The notes below the pieces were generated by a model, which saw nothing but the letters and a program-made list of their open reading frames with translations, had not been told where the DNA came from and ran no database searches. A stretch of DNA of 64,000 nucleotides from an uncultured virus (IMG/VR IMGVR_UViG_3300028833_000080) (taxonomy: Duplodnaviria > Heunggongvirae > Uroviricota > Caudoviricetes): IMG/VR virus record IMGVR_UViG_3300028833_000080, one strand, 5' to 3'. The position numbers and the translations under genes were made by a program. Shown piece by piece: positions 18,864 to 26,778 of this stretch. How positions within the stretch are numbered: the stretch's first letter is position 1; every line of letters starts with the position of its first letter.

Positions 18864-18937
18864 GGAGGCTTAGCTCAGTTGGTGGTAGCGAGTGACTGTT
18901 AATCACTAGGTCCGGGGTTCAAGTCCCTGAGCCTCCG
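18864..18937 (+). tRNA. tRNA-Asn(GTT)
   Basis: GGAGGCT/AGCCTCC, AGTGA-CTGTTAA-TCACT, GTTCAAGTC. Confidence 0.92.
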
Positions 18938-18940
18938 TTG

Positions 18941-19181
18941 GCAAGTATAAAGCCAAAGCGCTTTCTAAAAGTGGAGTCTAAAGCGTAATAAAGTCTTTAC
19001 ATAAAGATATAGACATACCATAACTTTGAGGATAAAGTAGAAATCCTTGGCGTATGAGATTGTGGAACATTGCTACTCCTCACATGGCTGCCAAAAAGCT
19101 TAAAGATGTCGTAGAAATGGACGGAGATTACTCGCACACACGGGAGAACTTCGAGAAACAAAAGTAGGAAGTGTAGTTTGC
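18941..19181 (+). ncRNA. Candidate structured ncRNA (~240 nt)
   Basis: CGCTTTCTA(18959)/TAGGAAGTG(19165) closing stem, several internal hairpins, no ORF. Confidence 0.45.
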
Positions 19182-19221
19182 AAACGAGCGGGTTTGGTTG
19201 GCATCCGCAATAAAGTCAACA

Positions 19222-19312
19222 GGCTAGTAAATAGTGAAGATAAAGGTTCAAGTCCTTTACTGTCCTTCTGGGGCGGTCTGTGTGATGGGATTCACACGTC
19301 ACTGAGCTAGGC
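19222..19312 (+). ncRNA. Circularly permuted tRNA-like (YrlA/Y-RNA-like) domain
   Basis: Order is stem AGTGA, 4-nt variable region, T-arm AAAGG-TTCAAGT-CCTTT, 7-bp acceptor stem closed by a loop, D-arm GTGT..GG..ACAC, then TCACT; outer CTAGT/GCTAG stem. Confidence 0.7.
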
Positions 19313-19439
19313 GGAAGCGCGGCTAACGTAAAGGGATACGCGTCCCAAGGCGGTCTAGTGAGGAGCTAGGTTGAGACTCCGCTGAAAACTCCTCTTAATT
19401 AAATAAAACCGCAAGATGTGTAATGCGGAATAAAAGAAA

Positions 19440-19800
19440 TTAAACATCCTCTATAAGTAGGGAAGCATGAAAAGCGACTTCGGCTATATAGAGTGAATCC
19501 TAAAGCCCATGATACTAATGGACTATGCGTGAATGTATTAGTTGTTTTATGGGGAGAGTGGTAGAAATCCACAAAGAGATAGTAGAGGTAATAAATAGAT
19601 GCATATGTTTATTATTAATCGCTTCTCGGATCAGAGGAAAGCTAGCAAACGTTCCACTCCCGCCGTAAAACAACTAATGCTAAAAAGTATCTGAAACGCT
19701 AGGTAATTAAAAATGCGCGGGCTGGGGTAGAAGAAATTTTCGTCCTGAAGAAAGTAACTACGCTCATAGAGGTCCCACCACCCGAAGCCTGTTAAAATCA
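19440..19800 (+). ncRNA. Large pseudoknotted ncRNA, tentatively ROOL-like
   Basis: 18-bp stem 19535-52/19663-80; long-range GATACT/AGTATC, CTATG/CATAG, GCGT/ACGC and GCGGGCT/AGCCTGT pairings; lies between tRNAs. Confidence 0.55.
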
Positions 19801-19854
19801 AAAGTCGGGGAACTCTAGGAATAATTTCCTACGGCGAGGGTTAAGCCTCGCGAT

Positions 19855-19926
19855 AGACCTTTAGTATAATTGGCAGTACCTCGGTCTCCAAAACCGATGG
19901 TCTAGGTTCAAATCCTAGAGGGTCTG
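19855..19926 (+). tRNA. tRNA-Trp(CCA)
   Basis: AGACCTT/AGGGTCT, TCGGT-CTCCAAA-ACCGA, GTTCAAATC. Confidence 0.92.
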
Positions 19927-19971
19927 TTTTATATTAAAAAGTTAAGATAGTATTTTATAAAAGGAGAAAAT

Positions 19972-20250
19972 ATGAAGAGGAAATATACAGTTAAAGCATG
20001 GGATGGCTTGATGGAATGGAATTCAGATTATTATGAATTTGAAGCAGAGAGCGATGAAGAAGCCATTAAAATTGCAGACGATTGGTTTAATACAGAATAT
20101 CTTCCAGATGTATTAAATGATCCTCAAAGTTATGATGACTATCCCAATGAAGAAGATTATGATTCTGAGGATGAATATGAGTATGCAGTAGCAGAAGCGC
20201 AGGACACATTACGTGAAGAACTTATGTGGGAATTTGTTGTTGAGAACTAA
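19972..20250 (+). CDS. Very acidic small protein
   Basis: D/E/Y-rich ORF with RBS AAGGAG. Confidence 0.65.
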   Translation: MKRKYTVKAWDGLMEWNSDYYEFEAESDEEAIKIADDWFNTEYLPDVLNDPQSYDDYPNEEDYDSEDEYEYAVAEAQDTLREELMWEFVVEN

Positions 20251-20451
20251 TTAAATTATCTTAACTTGACATTTTTAAAAATTTATGATATAATATATAT
20301 GTAAGATAAAAAAAGAACTGTTTCAATTTTCTTACTTTTCCTTTCTCATAAAAGGAAGTAATTTTTGACCAACAGAGTAGAGTGCAACTGTTTGAAGTCG
20401 TTAAAAGCAAACGAAACCTCTCCCACCCGCGAGGTATAGCGGGCATATTTA

Positions 20452-20524
20452 CGCTTAGTCGTCTAGAGGCCCAGGACACTAGCTTCTCAGGCTAGTAACA
20501 TCAGTTCGAATCTGGTCTAAGTGA
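20452..20524 (+). tRNA. tRNA-Glu(CTC)
   Basis: CGCTTAG/CTAAGTG, CTAGC-TTCTCAG-GCTAG, GTTCGAATC. Confidence 0.85.
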
Positions 20525-20646
20525 TTTAATAAAGCGAATGGTAACACGTTTACGCTTTAGAGAAAATTGGATCTCGCTTGTTTTATTTACACAAGAGAAT
20601 GATAGGTACCATCTATCAAGCGCACGCATATTTGCTTTATTATTTT

Positions 20647-20719
20647 GGCTCGTTAGTCCAATGGCTAAGACGTGAGGTTTTCATCCTCAAGAAAGAGAGT
20701 TCAATTCTCCTACGAGTCA
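20647..20719 (+). tRNA. tRNA-Glu(TTC)
   Basis: GGCTCGT/ACGAGTC, TGAGG-TTTTCAT-CCTCA, GTTCAATTC. Confidence 0.85.
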
Positions 20720-20892
20720 TATTCCTAAGCTACATAGAGACGTCAAGGGTTAAGGTATGAAAAAACTTAATCCTAGTAGCGGGGCTGCGACCAGCTGGCA
20801 AAGAGGTATGCGTAGCGATAGACTACAAGAGACGCGCTGATTAAAGGTACCAAATACGTCTTTGATACGTAGTTCAGCATCTATCATATTAT

Positions 20893-20964
20893 CGCGGGGT
20901 AGAGGAGAGGCTCCTTGACGGGTTCATAACCCGTAGACCTGGGTTCGATTCCCAGCCACCGCAA
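20893..20964 (+). tRNA. tRNA-Met(CAT), initiator-like
   Basis: C1 mismatch; three G-C pairs in ACGGG-TTCATAA-CCCGT; GTTCGATTC. Confidence 0.85.
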
Positions 20965-20967
20965 TTA

Positions 20968-21080
20968 GTGATGCATACAGCAAACTCTATTTTCAAGAGG
21001 CATATAAATGGTATAATGCTTAATAAGGAAAAGGTTCTGGAGTCCCGCCAAAAATCCTATGAAGAGGCTCTTGCATCATG
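20968..21080 (+). ncRNA. Hairpin RNA motif copy 1 upstream of the DUF2828 gene
   Basis: GTGATGCA-TACAGCAA ... TGCATCAT-G. Confidence 0.6.
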
Positions 21081-21088
21081 TTTTAAAA

Positions 21089-21160
21089 GTGACGTTTACT
21101 GCAATTTTTTTAATTAATAACTGATAACGGATTAGCGCATAATATTATTATAACGTCATG
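21089..21160 (+). ncRNA. Hairpin RNA motif copy 2 upstream of the DUF2828 gene
   Basis: GTGACGTT-TACTGCAA ... AACGTCAT-G; compensatory changes relative to copy 1. Confidence 0.6.
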
Positions 21161-21201
21161 TTGTTAATATCTCTATTTAAACAAAAGGAGAAAAGTTTTA
21201 T

Positions 21202-22686
21202 ATGAATAAATTTGTAGAAGCTGCAAAGAAAGAAGAAAATATTACATATACAGAAAATGGAGCACAGGCTCTTAAATCAACAAATAATGCTTGCTTAGAT
21301 TTTTTTAGTGTTATTGGAGCTCTTAGACAGACTGGAAAAAATAATACTATTGATGAAATAAGAGCAACAAGACTTTTTGCAGAAGCATATAAAGAAAATC
21401 CCCTTTTAGCTATTAAAAGTCTTTTTTATGGTAGAGATATTAGAGAAGGACTTGGAGAAAGAGAACTTGTTAGAATTCTGATGAGATATATTGCGAATTA
21501 TCACCCTGAAGCTCTTATTAATAATCTTGATTTAATTGGCGTTTATGGTCGATATGATGATTTATATGCTTTAATTGGAACTCCTCTTGAAGGAGAAATG
21601 TGGGCTGCGATGTCTCGTCAATTTGAAGAAGATAAAATCAACTTGGCGGAAGGACGTGTAATTTCCTTACTTGCTAAATGGATTAAAACTCCAGATGCTT
21701 CTTCAAAAAATACTCGTAAGCTTGGTATTCTTACTGCACATAAGTTAGGATATTCTGTTTATGATTTTAAGCGCACCCTCCGCGCAATGAGAAAACATAT
21801 TGATATTGTTGAAAGACATATGTCTGCTGGGGAATGGGATAAAATTTCTTATTCTTCAGTTCCTAGCAGAGCTATGATGATATATCGTAATGCTTTTAGA
21901 AAGCATGATGCCACAAGATATGATGAATTTATTCATCTTGCTCTTGAAGGAAAAGAAAAGATTAATAGTTCTACTCTTTATCCTTATGATATAGTTGAAA
22001 AATATTTATATGAACATGAAGCAAGCGATACACTAGAAGCTCAGTGGAGACAGTTACCTAACTACATTGATTCTAATGATAACATTCTTGTAATGGCAGA
22101 TGTTTCTGGGTCTATGTATGGACGTCCTATGGCATCATCTATTGGATTAGCTATGTATTTTGCGGAAAGAAATAAAGGCGATTTTCATAATTTATTTATG
22201 ACTTTTTCTGGAAATCCTGAATTTGTTTCTATTAAAGGTGAAACTTTAGCACAGAAAATTGACTTTATTCATAAGGCAGAATGGGGTATGGATACTAATC
22301 TTGAGGCTGCTGTTATGTCAGTACTTGATTTAGGTATTAAAAATCATATTCCTCAAAAAGAAATGCCCAAAGCTATTGTTGTAGTTACAGATATGGAAAT
22401 TAATGCTTGCACTATGAGATATAATTATTCATGGACATTCTATGATGAAATGAAAGCTCGTTTTGAAGATGCTGGATATGCAATTCCTAATATTGTATTT
22501 TGGAATGTAGAAAGTCGTAATGATGTTTTTCATTCTGATGCAAAAAGAAAAGGTGTACAACTTGTATCAGGTCATGCTACATCAACATTTAAAACTTTAC
22601 TTAAGTGTTTAGATAAGACTCCAGAAGAAATGATGCTTGAAGTACTTAATTCAAAAAGATATGAACCAATAATAATAGGAGAATAA
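21202..22686 (+). CDS. DUF2828-family helical-repeat + vWA protein (TROVE/Ro60-like architecture)
   Basis: TENGA..ST..CLDFF, RDIREGLGER, LLAKW, vWA MIDAS DVSGSM, T..TDME, VFWNV. Confidence 0.85.
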   Translation: MNKFVEAAKKEENITYTENGAQALKSTNNACLDFFSVIGALRQTGKNNTIDEIRATRLFAEAYKENPLLAIKSLFYGRDIREGLGERELVRILMRYIANYHPEALINNLDLIGVYGRYDDLYALIGTPLEGEMWAAMSRQFEEDKINLAEGRVISLLAKWIKTPDASSKNTRKLGILTAHKLGYSVYDFKRTLRAMRKHIDIVERHMSAGEWDKISYSSVPSRAMMIYRNAFRKHDATRYDEFIHLALEGKEKINSSTLYPYDIVEKYLYEHEASDTLEAQWRQLPNYIDSNDNILVMADVSGSMYGRPMASSIGLAMYFAERNKGDFHNLFMTFSGNPEFVSIKGETLAQKIDFIHKAEWGMDTNLEAAVMSVLDLGIKNHIPQKEMPKAIVVVTDMEINACTMRYNYSWTFYDEMKARFEDAGYAIPNIVFWNVESRNDVFHSDAKRKGVQLVSGHATSTFKTLLKCLDKTPEEMMLEVLNSKRYEPIIIGE

Positions 22687-22700
22687 GGAGAACAAAAGAA

Positions 22701-22835
22701 ATGACAAAGGAACAGAAAATTGCACTTTTAAAGGACAGATATAACAGATTGAATGGTTCACCTAAGAATTTAAAGGCGGGCGGTGTTGTCAGAAAGTTAT
22801 GTAGACAGCTTAGAAACGCTGGTGCGCTTAACTAA
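22701..22835 (+). CDS. Small basic protein (44 aa)
   Basis: MTKEQKIALLKDRYNRLNGSPKNLKAGGVVRKLCRQLRNAGALN; RBS AAGGAG; terminator at ~22885-22918. Confidence 0.6.
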   Translation: MTKEQKIALLKDRYNRLNGSPKNLKAGGVVRKLCRQLRNAGALN

Positions 22836-23137
22836 TATATAAAATAGGTTATTGTCGATATCGTACCTATGTCTTTCTATATTAAGCAGGTAATGAGAAA
22901 TCATTACCTGCTTTTTTTGTTTATAAAGCTGTGCTTGGGGCGTTTAGGATGGGCAACACGGGAAACTAGATAGTTGTTTTAAATTTTTATGCGGCGGTTC
23001 AGCTTATAAAATCTCATCACCTGGATCCCGCATTAAGAAAAATAAGGACAAAATAAGTTTATATCCCATTCCCGCTTTTTAAATATTTATAGCAAATTAA
23101 CTATGACATTTTTTATTTCATATAAATAAACGGAGGT

Positions 23138-23332
23138 ATGATTATGGGTTTAACAATCATAAAAAATGGAGATAATACAGCAAGTTCTGTTGTTGAACTT
23201 TATGTAGATACTCTTACAGAAATTAATGCCCTTCCAACAGATGATACTTATGGTATTGGTAGTAATGCCCTTTGTTTAGAAGATTCTAGTGTTTGGATTT
23301 TGGGTACAGACAAAGTATGGCATGAAATTTAA
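23138..23332 (+). CDS. Small virion-associated-type protein
   Basis: First gene of a tail/accessory structural operon; RBS GGAGG. Confidence 0.55.
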   Translation: MIMGLTIIKNGDNTASSVVELYVDTLTEINALPTDDTYGIGSNALCLEDSSVWILGTDKVWHEI

Positions 23333-23345
23333 GGAGGTGACCTAA

Positions 23346-24368
23346 TTGGATATCATAGCATATGCTTTATCAAAAAAATATACCGAAGAAACAGCGGATG
23401 CACTTGGAGCTGTTAAGGGAGCCTCTTGTAGGATTGATGATATCACTAAAGAAGATAAGAAAAATATCGTAAGATTTAAATGGATTGGAGATAGTGGCGC
23501 AGTTAAATATAGCACTATGGAAGTAATGGATGGTGCGGAAGGTATATCTATCGAATCTGTAGATATAAATAATAATAATGAACTTATTATCACATATTCT
23601 AATGGAACTATAGTAAATTGTGGTAAGATAGAAAGTAAGGCAGAATTACAGGAGCCTTTAACTGCAACAGTAGAGATAGGTACCGTAACGAGCGGTAAAA
23701 CTTATGCAAAAGGAACATCCATTGAACAAATCATAAGAGATATGCTTATTAAATATCTTCCACCCACAATTTCATTATCTACTACTCCATCAACCAAATT
23801 ATATGATATTGTTACCGATAGTGTAGCAACTATCTTACTTAAGGCGGCAGTTACGAAGAAAACAAATCCAGTAACAAAATTAGCTTTCTATGATGGAGAT
23901 ACTTTAATTAATGAAATAAGTGCGGGCGTGGCTTCGGGCGGAAATTTCCAGTATCAGTATACCCCGGCTGCCGCAATTACAACAGATACTACTTTTAAGG
24001 CAACAGCGACAGATGGAAAACAAACTTCAACATCAACATTTGCTATTAAATTCGTAGCTAAGTCTTATTATGGTATTTGTGGTGCTGATGTATCAGATCC
24101 AGATGAAACTACTATTAAAAGTGGTACGAGTATCCTTAAAGATACAAGGAATCTTACTTATTCTGGTATTACCACAGATTGGGGTAAAGTATTTTATGCT
24201 TATCCCAAATCTTTTGGAGTTTTAACATATATTAAAGATGAAGTTAATAATATAAACTATTTTGACTCATTCCAAAGAAGCGAAAAAACTGTGGATGGTA
24301 TTGCTTATTACTGTTATACTTTAATAGATCCAACCGCCGCAGAAAATAATCAGATAGTATTTAAATAA
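23346..24368 (+). CDS. Putative virion structural (tail/fibre-associated) protein
   Basis: T/S-rich beta protein; C-terminal domain similar to that of the next gene. Confidence 0.55.
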   Translation: MDIIAYALSKKYTEETADALGAVKGASCRIDDITKEDKKNIVRFKWIGDSGAVKYSTMEVMDGAEGISIESVDINNNNELIITYSNGTIVNCGKIESKAELQEPLTATVEIGTVTSGKTYAKGTSIEQIIRDMLIKYLPPTISLSTTPSTKLYDIVTDSVATILLKAAVTKKTNPVTKLAFYDGDTLINEISAGVASGGNFQYQYTPAAAITTDTTFKATATDGKQTSTSTFAIKFVAKSYYGICGADVSDPDETTIKSGTSILKDTRNLTYSGITTDWGKVFYAYPKSFGVLTYIKDEVNNINYFDSFQRSEKTVDGIAYYCYTLIDPTAAENNQIVFK

Positions 24369-24387
24369 TTGAAGGGAGACAAATAAA

Positions 24388-25956
24388 ATGGCTGTAAGTA
24401 TGCTTGACAATTTCAACATTAGAAAATCATCACCTAATGTTGAAAGAGATATGTTTCAAACAATAGCCGATATGAAAGATTATAATGAAAATTATCTCCC
24501 GCAAGTATTTATTGCAACTTGTGTTGAAGATGGTTGTATTTATATCTTTAATAAAGGTAATTTAGTTGACGATACCACAGGTAAGTGGAGAAAATTTGAA
24601 GGCGGAAGTGCTGATTTACTTAATTATTACAATAAGACTGAAGTAAATGCACTTCTTGAAGATAAGGTAAATAAAGAAACTGGTAAAGGTTTATCTACCA
24701 ATGATTATAATGATACTGAAAAAGGACAAGTTCAACAGAATAAAGAAGATATTGCAACACTGAATGGCGGTGTGGCAGTTGAAGGTTCTGTTAATTATAA
24801 AGTTGCAGCTGGGGTAAATGAAGCAAAGACCTATACGGATGAACAGATTGCACTTTTAAATGTAGACGAAGCTATTAAATGTGATGCTCAACCAACATAT
24901 GATAGCACTACTGATAAAATTACTTATGTAAAGGATGGTACATCTCATACAATAGATGCAGATGCTATATGGTTTTATTATGAAAATAATGATAAACTTA
25001 TGCAGTCTATTTTATTAGATGGTGCTTGGACTACAATCGTTTCTGCGGGAGGCGTGAATTTCAGTGACTACGTTTCCAAGACTACTGATGTAGTTAGCGA
25101 TTATACAGGTGAGGAAACTGTCACTAATAAAATTCCAGACCTTGCTGCAATGAAAGATTTACAAACAATAGTAGAAACAGAGCTTACCGCAAAACTTGAT
25201 ATAGCTCAAGGTGCTACCAATGCAGATAAGGCTGTTATTACTGATGAAGATGGTAATATTACTTTAACTCCATTATCTACTCTTGGCGGGGATGCAGAAA
25301 ATGTTAGTTATACTAATACAGATTTCCCTACTTATACAGATGTAGATAAAGCACTTGATGCTATATTTGCAAAACTTTATTATGTAGATCCTGCTATTGT
25401 TAGTTTTACCTCAACACCTTCTACATTACAATATGAAAATGGTCAGGTTATTGAGGGTGGAGTTGTATTTAATTGGAGTTATAATAAGGAAATTACAACA
25501 CAATCTCTTACCGATTGTACTCTTGCTGATGAGACTGTAAGAACTGCTACTTATGCAAATGATATTTCTGCTAATAAGACATTTACACTTAGTTGCGGTG
25601 ATGGGGAGAAAACTGCTAGTAAGTCTATTTCATTCCAGTTTATGAACAAGATTTATTGGGGTGTTGCTGCAGACCAAGATAGTTACGATGATGCATTTAT
25701 CCTTGGCTTAAGCGGTAAGAAGTTAGCTACAAATGCAAAAGGTAGTTATAATTTTACTGCGGGAACCGGACAATATTGTTACTTCGCTTTACCTACTGGT
25801 TGGAGTATTTCAGTTAAGGTTAATGGTTTTGATACAGACCTTGATACTGTTGTTGCTAGTAGGTCATTTACAAATGCAAGTGGTTATACAACAACTTATA
25901 AGATAGTTAGATTACATCAGGCAAGTCTTGGTACTTTGACTGCTGTGGTAAGTTAA
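24388..25956 (+). CDS. Putative tail-fibre/structural protein
   Basis: KVNKETGKGLSTNDY repeat typical of Firmicute phage fibre proteins. Confidence 0.65.
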   Translation: MAVSMLDNFNIRKSSPNVERDMFQTIADMKDYNENYLPQVFIATCVEDGCIYIFNKGNLVDDTTGKWRKFEGGSADLLNYYNKTEVNALLEDKVNKETGKGLSTNDYNDTEKGQVQQNKEDIATLNGGVAVEGSVNYKVAAGVNEAKTYTDEQIALLNVDEAIKCDAQPTYDSTTDKITYVKDGTSHTIDADAIWFYYENNDKLMQSILLDGAWTTIVSAGGVNFSDYVSKTTDVVSDYTGEETVTNKIPDLAAMKDLQTIVETELTAKLDIAQGATNADKAVITDEDGNITLTPLSTLGGDAENVSYTNTDFPTYTDVDKALDAIFAKLYYVDPAIVSFTSTPSTLQYENGQVIEGGVVFNWSYNKEITTQSLTDCTLADETVRTATYANDISANKTFTLSCGDGEKTASKSISFQFMNKIYWGVAADQDSYDDAFILGLSGKKLATNAKGSYNFTAGTGQYCYFALPTGWSISVKVNGFDTDLDTVVASRSFTNASGYTTTYKIVRLHQASLGTLTAVVS

Positions 25957-25969
25957 GGGAGGTAATAAA

Positions 25970-26764
25970 ATGGCGATAAAATTAGCGGATACCGCCAGAC
26001 CAAATAACTATGTCGATGCTGAGCATCTGGGGACATTTCCGGTTGCTTATGCAGACGATATTTGGTTTGAAGATGGTACTAGATTAAGTGAAAAAACTTT
26101 CGATAATGGAAATATTCAAAAAGAAGAGCTCCCGCCCGCAAGTGTTGACGAATTAGGAAAAATCTACCAGTATGTAGGTGAAACTGGTACATATACTAAA
26201 GGTTATTTTTACGAGTGTGTAAGTGATGGTGCTACTATTCCAACATATTATTGGAAAGAAGCGGTTGGAGGTAGTGGTTATCAGTTTAGTGAAGATTTTG
26301 TTAATGAAGATAACAATGTATCTCTTGCACCAACACAGAGGATATTCATGGGTACACAAGCAGAGTGGGATGCATTAACAACTGATGAAAAACTTACTTA
26401 TGGACAGGTAAATATTATTGATGATGAGAGTGGCACACCCGAGTATTATAGCACTACCGAAACCAAGACCAACAAGGTATGGATTAATGGTAAACCGATT
26501 TATAGGAAAGTGGTTCCGTTTACAGCTACAGTTACATCATCATGGGTTACTGTTGATAGCGGTTCATGGATTGGTGATATTGATATACTTGTGTATTCAC
26601 TTCTCTGTGGTTATGACTATAATTCACCCAGCGATAATACTGGTAGAACTCTGAATAACGCTAACTTTAGAGCTTATGGTAATGACTTACAATGTTCTAC
26701 AAATACTGGTGCTCTTTCTGGCTCTAAATATGCCATTCTCGAATACACCAAAACCACGGATTAA
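25970..26764 (+). CDS. Putative tail-fibre-associated protein
   Basis: GTQAEWDAL and YSTTE..WINGKPIYRK..LEYTKTTD fibre-type motifs. Confidence 0.6.
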   Translation: MAIKLADTARPNNYVDAEHLGTFPVAYADDIWFEDGTRLSEKTFDNGNIQKEELPPASVDELGKIYQYVGETGTYTKGYFYECVSDGATIPTYYWKEAVGGSGYQFSEDFVNEDNNVSLAPTQRIFMGTQAEWDALTTDEKLTYGQVNIIDDESGTPEYYSTTETKTNKVWINGKPIYRKVVPFTATVTSSWVTVDSGSWIGDIDILVYSLLCGYDYNSPSDNTGRTLNNANFRAYGNDLQCSTNTGALSGSKYAILEYTKTTD

Positions 26765-26778
26765 GGAGGGCTAAGAAG

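Noticed and set aside
19240..19400. Two-piece (permuted) tmRNA
   Set aside because: A full D-stem is present, there is no CCA after the acceptor strand and no tag ORF ending in an AA-type degron was seen; a YrlA-like reading fits better
19490..19830. Group I intron
   Set aside because: It interrupts no gene and I could not find the conserved P7 (R/S) core
20261..20760. ORFs 20261-20479(-) and 20578-20760(+)
   Set aside because: They overlap a promoter and tRNA genes and lack RBSs
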